From Chloroflexota bacterium (lineage in GTDB: Bacteria; Chloroflexota; Limnocylindria; QHBO01): 64,000 nt of DNA. The stretch covers positions 408,206-472,205 of the forward strand of contig JBBDRZ010000007.1 of NCBI GenBank assembly GCA_040905185.1, given 5' to 3'. The position numbers and the translations under genes were made by a program. Each line of letters begins with the position of its first letter. Position 1 is the first letter of the stretch. The notes under the pieces were generated by a model. It saw nothing but the letters and a program-made list of their open reading frames with translations. It made no database searches and was not told the origin of the DNA. Below, one piece after another: positions 17,208-24,597 of this stretch.

Positions 17208-17407
17208 CGCCCCACTTTCACGCTCGCTATGCGGACAGCAGTGCCGTTTTCGAGATCGCCTCGCTGGCCCTCGTTAAGGGTGACCTGCCCGGCCGTGCGC
17301 ACGGGCTTGTCGTGGAGTGGGCATGCGTACACCAGGGCGAGCTGGCCGAGGACTGGGAACGGGCTCGGCGAGGGGAGGCGCTCGTGCCCATCGATCCGCT
17401 TCGGTAG
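17208..17407 (+). pseudogene. DUF4160, 5'-truncated at the R5 junction
   Basis: PHFHARYADSSAVFEIASLALVKGDLPGRAHGLVVEWACVHQGELAEDWERARRGEALVPIDPLR* is collinear with the intact paralogue at 27022-27294. The N-terminal ~25 codons are missing. Confidence 0.6.
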
Positions 17408-17416
17408 TATCGGCGC

Positions 17417-17710
17417 ATGCTTGAAGTGCGGTCGGTCCAGCCGTTGGACCGGTACTGGCTGCGTCTGACCCTGTCCAACGGCGATGTCGTAGAGCGCGAC
17501 GTCGAGGCCGTCCTGCGAGGTCCGTTGTTCGCCCCAGTTCGTGAGCAGCGTGCGGTGTTCGAGGCCGCCTTCGTCGACGGCGGCACGGTGGCGTGGCCCG
17601 GGGAGGTGGACATCGCGCCCGAAACGATCATCTGGGACGGACCCGAGCCGGTGGCCGCGCCGGCCCACCCGCCGCAGCGCCTCAAGATACGGGTCGTCGA
17701 GTTGAATTAG
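17417..17710 (+). CDS. DUF2442-like protein
   Basis: MLEVRSVQPLDRYWLRLTLSNGDVVERDV..VAWPGEVDIAPETIIWDG parallels the N-terminal half of 27305-27880. The last codons (RVVELN) come from repeat R6. Confidence 0.65.
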   Translation: MLEVRSVQPLDRYWLRLTLSNGDVVERDVEAVLRGPLFAPVREQRAVFEAAFVDGGTVAWPGEVDIAPETIIWDGPEPVAAPAHPPQRLKIRVVELN

Positions 17711-17730
17711 GCGAGCTCCGTCATCGGTCC
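17691..17730 (-). repeat. R6: short form of the methyltransferase module
   Basis: gggtcgtcgagttgaattaggcgagctccgtcatcggtcc has the same junction type as R4. Confidence 0.55.
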
Positions 17731-17734
17731 ATGT

Positions 17735-19012
17735 TCAGGATAGAGTCGCGCGGAGGAACCGGCGGAATTCGCGATTGAGTTCGTCGCCGGCCTGGACGCT
17801 GCTCATGTGGCCGACGCCTGGGAGAACGACCAGCCTCGATTCGGGGATCGCATCGTGGATGTCCTCGGCGACGTCCAACGAGGCCCGCACATCTCGATCG
17901 CCGTATACCAAGAGTGTCGGGACGCGGATCTTTGGCAACACATCACGCAGATCGGCTTCCGCGAGCGACCGCGCCATGGTTCGGAATCCGTCCGGATGGA
18001 ATTCACCCATGATCGCCGAGAAGCCGTTGACCACCGCCTCCGGTGTTGTATCCGGGAAGAGGGTGGGGATCATGGCCTTCACGAACCCAGCGGGCGACTT
18101 GTCGGCCAGTTCCAGACTCGTACGGAGGCGCTCCTCGGCGACTTCGGCCGGGAGGGAACCAGTCCAGCCGGCGTATGCGCCCGCGAGAATCAAGGTCCGC
18201 GGAACGGTGGGATGGCGGCGATAGAGCTCGAGCGCCAGGGCACCACCGAACGAGAGTCCAGCGATGTGCGGTTGCTCCAGATCGAGGGCGCCGATGAACG
18301 CGGCCAGGCAATCGGCGTAGTCCGGCATCCGGAATGACGCCGGAGGATCCTTCGACCGGCCGGCGCCCGGTGCGTCCCACGCCACGACGGTGAATTCATC
18401 GGACAGCCCGTCGATCTGGCGACGCCACTCCCGGCTGTCGCCAACGAATCCATGCAGGAGAACGAGAGGGGGGCCGGATCCTGCACGCTCATATGCGATC
18501 TCCAGCCCCCTGACTTCTACGCCCTCCATGGAGTAACTATCGGCCAGTGCGCCGCGAGCCGTCGCGGAAGGTGACGTGAAGCCCTTGGTGTCGTTCGCCA
18601 CGAGGAACTTGTGTTCTCGGGTGCCGAGGTCAGGCACGCTGAATACGGCCATGGCTGTGCGGAGGATCGGGATGTCGCCTGGATCCGAAACAGCGGCGTG
18701 GAGGTCCGCTGAGTCTTCAGCCAGCTCCACCCAGATGACCCGGTCCCAGAGGGGTTGGAACCGTTGATCGGTTTCGTCGGGCGTGTGCGACCCCAGCTCG
18801 TGGCGGTTCAGGGTCACGCGGCATTCGTTGCGAATGTACTCCGACAGGACACAGTCGAAGACGCCGGCGACCGCCGCCTCAACCGTCTTGATGCTCCCGG
18901 AGCTTTCGTGGGTGCCCAGGAACGCGCTAACCAGAACGCGTGTGTCGAGGACCGCGAGCCACCGCTGGGCCGGCCTGCCGTTGCTCGCGAATGGCCGCCA
19001 CGACCTGTTCAT
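17735..19012 (-). CDS. Single ORF joining a PIN-domain toxin (N-terminal ~150 aa) in frame to an alpha/beta hydrolase (C-terminal 264 aa)
   Basis: The PIN part is WLAVLDTRVLVSAF..ILRTAMAV..HKFLVANDTKGF. The hydrolase part begins at MEGVEVRGLEIAYERAGSGPPLVLLHGF (ATG 18529) and includes GLSFGG and GHM. There is no stop between them. The PIN start is uncertain because it overlaps the antitoxin ORF. Confidence 0.7.
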   Translation of the reverse strand: MNRSWRPFASNGRPAQRWLAVLDTRVLVSAFLGTHESSGSIKTVEAAVAGVFDCVLSEYIRNECRVTLNRHELGSHTPDETDQRFQPLWDRVIWVELAEDSADLHAAVSDPGDIPILRTAMAVFSVPDLGTREHKFLVANDTKGFTSPSATARGALADSYSMEGVEVRGLEIAYERAGSGPPLVLLHGFVGDSREWRRQIDGLSDEFTVVAWDAPGAGRSKDPPASFRMPDYADCLAAFIGALDLEQPHIAGLSFGGALALELYRRHPTVPRTLILAGAYAGWTGSLPAEVAEERLRTSLELADKSPAGFVKAMIPTLFPDTTPEAVVNGFSAIMGEFHPDGFRTMARSLAEADLRDVLPKIRVPTLLVYGDRDVRASLDVAEDIHDAIPESRLVVLPGVGHMSSVQAGDELNREFRRFLRATLS

Positions 19013-19334
19013 CGGTCAATGGCACCCTGGCACCGCGCGAACGAGCGGCGCGAAATTCCCAGACGCCCGCCAGCGCGCTGGCCGGGATGCGCCGGCGTCC
19101 CAGTGGGTGGGCGCGCTCCGCGGGGAGCCAGCCCGCGTCCACCCAGTTCCGGACGGTCTGGGTCGACACATCCAGCGCTCGTGCCACCTGAGCGGTGGTC
19201 CACAGCGTGTCGTCCGGGGATCGGGCAAGGTCAAGAATGCGGACCAGGATGCGTGCTGCCTTTGGCCGTGTCCGGCGCAACTCCTCTGTGGCTTCCTCGA
19301 GTTCATCAATGTCCGCAGCTGTCAGTGAATACAT
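18927..19334 (-). CDS. Excisionase/MerR-type HTH protein, putative antitoxin of the PIN module
   Basis: TTAQVARALDVSTQTVRNWVDAGWLPAER. It lies directly upstream of and overlaps the PIN ORF. Confidence 0.65.
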   Translation of the reverse strand: MYSLTAADIDELEEATEELRRTRPKAARILVRILDLARSPDDTLWTTAQVARALDVSTQTVRNWVDAGWLPAERAHPLGRRRIPASALAGVWEFRAARSRGARVPLTDEQVVAAIREQRQAGPAVARGPRHTRSG

Positions 19335-19427
19335 ATCGGCCCCTTGCGTACCTCGGGGAGCATGGTGGCAGGAAAGTCAACCCGCGGGCGGGGTCACCGC
19401 CAGGGTCAACTCAGAGACGCAGCCAGC

Positions 19428-19670
19428 CTAGGGAGGTCCCGTTAGATCGCGCTTATCGGCGCTCGGGCCCCAGTGCCAGGTGTCCTCGAAGGCCAGGAGC
19501 TGGGCATCGGAGCGGTTGCCGGACTCGTCGTTGACGATGACGTTGGAGTCGCGGTTCGAGGTGAACGGGGGGTCGAGGTCGACGAGGTCGACGCTGGCGT
19601 CGGGCAGGTAGTGGCGCAGGATGTCGAGGTTGTCGCCGGAGGAGAGGACGTTGGTGGCGAGCTCGGTCAT
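19428..19670 (-). pseudogene. R7: methyltransferase N-terminal fragment (80 codons), no leader
   Basis: MTELATNVLSSGDNLDILRHYLPDASVDLVDLDPPFTSNRDSNVIVNDESGNRSDAQLLAFEDTWHWGPSADKRDL... Its ATG lies 4 nt after the stop of the upstream lipoprotein gene. Confidence 0.85.
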
Positions 19671-19674
19671 CGGT

Positions 19675-20139
19675 CTATTCGGTGACGGTGTACGGGCCGA
19701 CGAGGAAGATGCTCAGGACGGCATCCTCCGAGGCCGTGAGGCGCGCGCAGATGACGGCATGGCTGTCGGGCGTCAGGGTCGCTTCGATGGTGCCTGATCC
19801 CATGGGTTGGAGCAGCAAACGGCCGACCTCGGTCACCGATGACGGGATGCCCTGGGGCGGCTGGCCGGCTGCGATCCGGGCCTGCTCCTCAGCGATGTGG
19901 GCGACGAGCTCAGGAAACGACGAATCGAGCCGGACGAGCTCGAAATTGCCGAGGGATCCGGATTCGTTGCGGATGGCAATCGAACTCGCGCCTGGGGCCA
20001 ATGTTTCGGCGCCTGTGCGTTCGCACGTCTCATCGGTCAGGACCACGGTAGGCGGCTCGGCCAAGCCAGGTGCAGCACAGGCGGCAACGATCAGCAGGAC
20101 GAGGACAAGTCCCCGGATGTTGCGAGATGGCGTGCGCAT
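19675..20139 (-). CDS. Putative lipoprotein, unknown function
   Basis: MRTPSRNIRGLVLVLLIVAACAAPG has a signal peptide plus a lipobox-like VAAC. Its ATG sits exactly where the methyltransferase ATG sits in other copies of the leader. The ORF-track extension to 20703 was rejected. Confidence 0.65.
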   Translation of the reverse strand: MRTPSRNIRGLVLVLLIVAACAAPGLAEPPTVVLTDETCERTGAETLAPGASSIAIRNESGSLGNFELVRLDSSFPELVAHIAEEQARIAAGQPPQGIPSSVTEVGRLLLQPMGSGTIEATLTPDSHAVICARLTASEDAVLSIFLVGPYTVTE

Positions 20140-20200
20140 CGGGTCCCCCCGCGTGGGCCTAGCGGGTATCGGTATCGGCAAGCCTAGCAGCGGCGGGCAA
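20140..20200 (-). promoter_or_regulatory. Leader D (R8): repeat-family leader driving the lipoprotein gene
   Basis: Minus strand reads CTTGCCCGCCGCTGCTAGGCTTGCCGATACCGATACCCGCTAGGCCCACGCGGGGGGACCCGATG. TAGGCT is at plus coordinates 20181-20186. Confidence 0.5.
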
Positions 20201-20277
20201 GCGTAGGTCATCCCCTGGTAAGCGCTGCGTGAGTCACGCCCTCGACACTGGCCGCAGAATCGTTCCTTCGACATGGA

Positions 20278-20583
20278 TTGGATGACTTTCCTCCCGGGTT
20301 CACCTGGGATCGGCGTAAGGCACGCGACAACAAGCGCAAGCATGGCGTGTCGTTCGAGGCTGCAGCATCGGTCTTCGACGACTCGGCGGCCCTGCTCGAG
20401 GGGGATCTCTTCCATTCGCGAGACGAAGGTCGGGATCGCCTGGTTGGACGAACTGATCGCGGTATCGCTGTCGTGGTTGCGTTCACCGTGAGAGGGGATA
20501 CCATTCGGATCATCTCCGCACGGCTCGCCAGACGAAGCGAGCGCCTCAGGTATGAAGCAGAAGCGCGACGGCGCGGATTCTGA
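20278..20583 (+). CDS. brnT: BrnT (DUF497) toxin
   Basis: FTWDRRKARDNKRKHGVSFEAAASVFDD..IRIISARLARRSERLRY. TTG start. Confidence 0.8.
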   Translation: MDDFPPGFTWDRRKARDNKRKHGVSFEAAASVFDDSAALLEGDLFHSRDEGRDRLVGRTDRGIAVVVAFTVRGDTIRIISARLARRSERLRYEAEARRRGF

Positions 20584-20749
20584 GCTCGAACGAACCTTCG
20601 ACTTCTCGAAGGCCCGGCCGAATCCGTACCTGGGCTGGTCGCGGCGCGCCAAAGGCAGGCCCAGCCCGGTGCCTGGCCCGGCAGCCAGGGACGGGGTCCC
20701 CATCTCGCTGCCCCCCGATTGGGAGCGCCGCCCAAAGAGCCCGCGCTAG
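20552..20749 (+). CDS. Possible degenerate BrnA-like antitoxin
   Basis: Position (overlapping the brnT end) and FDFSKARPNPY fit BrnA. The remainder is Pro/Arg-rich with no recognisable RHH domain. Confidence 0.3.
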   Translation: MKQKRDGADSELERTFDFSKARPNPYLGWSRRAKGRPSPVPGPAARDGVPISLPPDWERRPKSPR

Positions 20750-20780
20750 ACGAGGAACGGGCAGGCCATCGCGACTGCGG

Positions 20781-21056
20781 CTAGGTCCTCCGGCGATGGA
20801 CCTCGAAGCCGGCGGCTTCATCGACCAGGTCTTCCGGGACACCCAGGACCCCGGCCAGACCAATGTCCTCGTCGAGATCGGGCCAGCGGGCGGCGGTACC
20901 GAAGGCCGTGATCTGCCAATTCGCCCGTTGGGCGGGCGTCGCGTCCCGGAGGCGCGGGAATCGCTCGAGCGGCACGCTAATCTCCCGGCCGTCGCTGAGG
21001 AGCAGGTAGACGCGGCTGGCGCGGAAACGGATCGACGTCAGGAGCGCGGGCGGCAT
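20781..21056 (-). CDS. DUF2442-like protein
   Basis: MPPALLTSIRFRASRVYLLLSDGREISVPLERFPRLRDATPAQRANWQITAFGTAARWPDLDEDIGLAGVLG. Start taken at the internal ATG because the ORF-track N-terminus is antisense to the fragment at 21090-21203. Confidence 0.6.
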   Translation of the reverse strand: MPPALLTSIRFRASRVYLLLSDGREISVPLERFPRLRDATPAQRANWQITAFGTAARWPDLDEDIGLAGVLGVPEDLVDEAAGFEVHRRRT

Positions 21057-21089
21057 GGGTCCCTGCTCAGCCAAAGATCGCATACCACC

Positions 21090-21203
21090 CCGGAGCTTCA
21101 GCACGAAGCCCAGCGGGCGATTCAGGACACCATGTGGCCGGATCCGAGCCAGCCGCGGCATTTCGACAACCTGGCCCTGTTCATCGTTGGGGTCCGCGCC
21201 TGA
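21090..21203 (+). pseudogene. 3'-end fragment of a class I SAM methyltransferase gene, a duplicate of 28621-28734
   Basis: ccggagcttcagcacgaagcccagcgggcgattcaggacaccatgtggccggatccgagccagccgcggcatttcgacaacctggccctgttcatcgttggggtccgcgcctga aligns base-for-base, with scattered mismatches, to the last 114 nt of the 27931-28734 gene. Confidence 0.7.
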
Positions 21204-21209
21204 CGCTGC

Positions 21210-23291
21210 TCACGGTGCGGGGCCGAAGTCCTGCTTCTTGAAGATGACCCAGTCGCCGGTACCGTCGGCCGCCGATGCCTCAACCCGATAGAAGGTGACG
21301 AACTGCCGGAGCGCATCGCCGTTGGCATCGAATCCGACGCTGCCGAGGACGGTCTCGAAGCGCTGCTCTGGATTGGCGACATACTCGCGGAGCCGCTCGC
21401 GCACCACAGTGGCCGACGGACCGCTGGAAGCGATGCCGCGCATCGCGGCGGTGATGATCTCGACGCACGCGTAGCCTGCGGCGGCGTACTCGTCCGGTTC
21501 GGTCCCGAACTCCTCCCGATACGCATCGATGAAGCTGGCCTTGGGGTCGGGAAGCGAGGCGTGAGCGGCGTAGGAGCCCACGGCTGCCTCGGCGCCGGTC
21601 TGCTCGAGGTAGGAACCGGAGTCGCTGCCGCTTCCATCGAGGAGGAAGTCCCAGGTCAGGAGCGGTGTTGCCAGGCGGCCGGCGTCGGCCATGGCTCGCC
21701 GCAGCGCGACCCCGCCGGTATCGGTTTCGCCGCCAAAGAAGACCACATCTGGGGGGTTGAGCTCGTCGGCCAAGGGTGCCAGGAGCGCTCGCGGGTCCGC
21801 ATTGGGGTTCAACGCGCGACGCAGGGTGGTGCCGCCCAGGGCCTGGAACTCGTCCTCGAATGGATCGGCGATGACGCGCCCAACCCCGGTGTCGTCGATG
21901 ACCAGGGCGAATCGGGCGGCCAGGTTATGGTAGGCGAACGAGGCCAGCGCCACGGCCTGGATGTCGTCTGCCGGGGCCATGCGGAAGAAGTTGATTGCCT
22001 CCGGGCGCACCGACCGGACGTCCAGGGCGCCGTCGCGCGGCTTCGTCAGTCCGGGATGCGTGGCGGCCGGGCTGCACTCCAGCAGGCCAGCCTGGTTGGT
22101 GATGGGTATCGCGCTGAATGCGACGGCCGATCCCCAGGGCCCGACCATCGCGATGGTGGTGGGATCGTTGACGAATGCCTCGGCATTTTCGGCACCCTGC
22201 CCCGGGTCCTGGGCGTCGTCGAGGATCTCGAGCGCGAGGGTCGAGCCATCCAGGCCACCGGACGCGTTGAAGTCATCGACGGCCAGCTGGACCGCGTTGC
22301 GGACTGGTTCTCCGAGATCTGCGCCGGGACCCGAAAGTGGGAGGTCCACGCCGATCGTCCAGACCATGGGTGGCAGCGTCTGTTTGCCTTGGGCCATCCA
22401 GATGACGGCCAAGATTGCGACCAGGCCCATGGCTGCCGCGCCGATGAGGGCGGGGCGCCGGCGGTCTCGCGCAACCTTGGGGATCTCGCCTGTGGCGGGG
22501 CCAGGCGCAGCATCGGCTTGGATTGCTTCGGCTGGTGCGGCGGGCGGCTGCTTCGCAGGGAGGTCGAGGGCGGGGTCCTGCTGGAGGACCTGCTCATGAA
22601 CTCGCCGCAGCTCGGGTGACGGATCGATTCCCAGCTCCTCGACGAGCGTGGTGCGGGCCCGGTGGAACGCGGCCAGCGCGTCACCCTGCCGGCCGGATCG
22701 GTACAGCGCCAGGATGAGCAGTGTCCAGAAGCGCTCACGAAGCGGGTATTCCTGCGTGAGGCCCTCCAGGACCGGGACCGATTCACGATGACGCCCCAGG
22801 TCGATCTCGGCTTCCGTGCGGTCTTCCAGGGCGCTCAGTCGCTGCTCCTCCAGGCGGGTGATGGCCGGTCGGAGGGCGTCGTAGTCGACGAGGTCTGACA
22901 GCGCCCCGCCCCGCCACAGCCCGAGTGCCTCGGTCAGACGGGCGACGGCGGTCTCGCGGTCGGGGGCACGGTTGGCTCCGTCCAGGAGGTCGGCGAAGCG
23001 GAGCGCGTCGATCTCATCCCGCCCGGCGACGAGGATGTAGCCGGGGGGCCGCGCCTGGATCCGACCGGCTCCCAGGAGCTTGCGCAGCCTCGAGACATAC
23101 GAGAACAGGGCCTGGCGCGCCCCATCGGGAGGCTCGTCACCCCAGATCTGGTCGATGAGGCGATCGGTGGAGACGACGCGATTCGCCTCGAGGATGAGGA
23201 AGGCCAGGACCAGCCGCTGCCGTGGGCCCCCCAGGGCCAGGGCCGCTCCACGGTCGATGACCTCGAGCGGACCGAGGATGCGGAACTCCAC
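21210..23291 (-). CDS. SARP (OmpR-type wHTH + BTAD) regulator fused through a TM segment to a periplasmic Leu/Ile/Val-type solute-binding domain
   Basis: The N-terminus is MEFRILGPLEV..RQRLVLAFLILEANRVVSTDRLIDQIWGDEPP. The BTAD part includes LRERFWTLLILALYRSGRQGDALAAFHRARTTLVEELGIDPSPEL. The TM is ALIGAAAMGLVAILAVIWMA. The type-1 PBP part includes IGVDLPLSGPGADLG..VGPWGSAV. Confidence 0.85.
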   Translation of the reverse strand: MEFRILGPLEVIDRGAALALGGPRQRLVLAFLILEANRVVSTDRLIDQIWGDEPPDGARQALFSYVSRLRKLLGAGRIQARPPGYILVAGRDEIDALRFADLLDGANRAPDRETAVARLTEALGLWRGGALSDLVDYDALRPAITRLEEQRLSALEDRTEAEIDLGRHRESVPVLEGLTQEYPLRERFWTLLILALYRSGRQGDALAAFHRARTTLVEELGIDPSPELRRVHEQVLQQDPALDLPAKQPPAAPAEAIQADAAPGPATGEIPKVARDRRRPALIGAAAMGLVAILAVIWMAQGKQTLPPMVWTIGVDLPLSGPGADLGEPVRNAVQLAVDDFNASGGLDGSTLALEILDDAQDPGQGAENAEAFVNDPTTIAMVGPWGSAVAFSAIPITNQAGLLECSPAATHPGLTKPRDGALDVRSVRPEAINFFRMAPADDIQAVALASFAYHNLAARFALVIDDTGVGRVIADPFEDEFQALGGTTLRRALNPNADPRALLAPLADELNPPDVVFFGGETDTGGVALRRAMADAGRLATPLLTWDFLLDGSGSDSGSYLEQTGAEAAVGSYAAHASLPDPKASFIDAYREEFGTEPDEYAAAGYACVEIITAAMRGIASSGPSATVVRERLREYVANPEQRFETVLGSVGFDANGDALRQFVTFYRVEASAADGTGDWVIFKKQDFGPAP

Positions 23292-23331
23292 GTCTCGATC
23301 CTAACCCGCCCTCCGTGCCCCTCGGCACCGT

Positions 23332-23371
23332 CTGCAAGCGTCTCGCAAGCTGTCCGCAGGTCCGCTGCAAG
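23332..23371 (+). promoter_or_regulatory. Four heptamer direct repeats at exact 11-bp phasing (candidate SARP box)
   Basis: CTGCAAG (23332), TCGCAAG (23343), CCGCAGG (23354) and CTGCAAG (23365). They lie between the SARP gene start (23291, minus) and the PD40 gene start (23443, plus). Confidence 0.55.
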
Positions 23372-23442
23372 GGGGCGCCTTGATCGTGCCCGCACAGCGC
23401 CAGTGAGGCGCCTCGCACGAGGCGTCTCGAAAGGAGACGGAG

Positions 23443-24396
23443 ATGCAACTGAGGTTTCGCGTGATATCCGGGGTGGTGGTCGCGGCAGTCGCGGTCGGCT
23501 GCAGCGCGAGCGCCAGCCCCACGCCGTCCGGGTCGGCGAGTGAGCCGGCCGCGGCCTCGACCGCGCCGGTGGAAACCGCCGAGCCGGCGCCGGCGGCGTT
23601 CGCCGACGGGAAGGTCGCGTTCAGCAGCGAGCGGGGCGGGAACCAGGACATCTACCTGGCACTGCCCGACGGCACCCTGGTCCAGCTCAGCGACGACCCG
23701 GCTGCCGACGCACAGCCCGTGCTGTCGCCCGACGGTAGCCGGCTGGCCTTCGCCAGCGATCGGGACGGGGACTTCGAGATCTACGTCATGAACGCCGACG
23801 GGACCGATGTGACGGCCCTGACCGCGGACACCTCCGGCGATGGGTTCCCCGCCTGGTCACCGGACGGCAGCCGGATCGCGTTCGTCAGCGATCGTGACGG
23901 CAACGCGGAGATCTACGTGATGAACGCCGATGGAAGCGGGGTGGCCCGGCTCACCGATGATCCCGCCAATGATTTCGCGCCGGACTGGTCGCCAGACGGC
24001 TCACGCATTGCCTTCGACCGGGACCTGGGTGGCGTGAACTTCGAGATCGTCGTCATCAACGTGGACGGGTCCGGGCAAGTCCAGCTGACCGATGATCCGG
24101 CCAGCGATCAATCGCCGGCGTGGTCTCCAGATGGCAGCCAGATCGTCCTCTTCAGCGACCGGGACGGTAACTTCGAGATCTATGTGATGAACGCCGATGG
24201 CTCATCGGTCGTTCGCCTGACTGACGATGCCGCCGATGATGTTGCACCCGCCTGGTCGCCGGACGGAACGCAGCTGGTCTTCGTCAGCACCCGAGACGGC
24301 AACGAGGAGATCTACGTGATGAATGCCGATGGATCCGATGCCGTCCGCGTCACGAATGATCCAGCCGATGATGGCGACCCGTCCTGGGGAGCCTGA
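23443..24396 (+). CDS. TolB-like PD40 beta-propeller repeat lipoprotein
   Basis: The signal/lipobox is VAAVAVGCSAS. There are seven-fold ..P.WSPDGS.IAF.SDRDGN.EIYVMNADGS.. repeats. SD GAAAGGAGA lies upstream. Confidence 0.85.
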   Translation: MQLRFRVISGVVVAAVAVGCSASASPTPSGSASEPAAASTAPVETAEPAPAAFADGKVAFSSERGGNQDIYLALPDGTLVQLSDDPAADAQPVLSPDGSRLAFASDRDGDFEIYVMNADGTDVTALTADTSGDGFPAWSPDGSRIAFVSDRDGNAEIYVMNADGSGVARLTDDPANDFAPDWSPDGSRIAFDRDLGGVNFEIVVINVDGSGQVQLTDDPASDQSPAWSPDGSQIVLFSDRDGNFEIYVMNADGSSVVRLTDDAADDVAPAWSPDGTQLVFVSTRDGNEEIYVMNADGSDAVRVTNDPADDGDPSWGA

Positions 24397-24424
24397 GCCA
24401 GCGATAAGCACGCAACGTCCGCCA

Positions 24425-24560
24425 CTATTCGGTGAATGAGGTCTCGTTGACGACCTTGCCGGAGCGGTCGTAGGTGCGCCAGGTGCCAACCTGCTTTCGA
24501 CGATCGAATTTGCCGCTGCGCATCAGAGAGCCATCGGTCCGATAGAAGGACCAGGCGCCG
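24425..24560 (-). pseudogene. 3' fragment of a MORN-repeat gene, paralogue of 13009-13245
   Basis: It encodes GAWSFYRTDGSLMRSGKFDRRKQVGTWRTYDRSGKVVNETSFTE* with no start codon. Positions 24512-24559 are identical to 13105-13152 (48 nt). Confidence 0.7.
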
Positions 24561-24597
24561 GCCGTAGAGGAGCCGAGGAGCGTGTTTTTGTCTGCCC

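Noticed and set aside
23640-24380. Recurrent gagatctacgtgatgaacgccgatgg-type stretches as a possible DNA repeat element
   Set aside because: They are the codons of the conserved EIYVMNADG blade motif of the PD40 beta-propeller. This is intragenic protein-level repetition.
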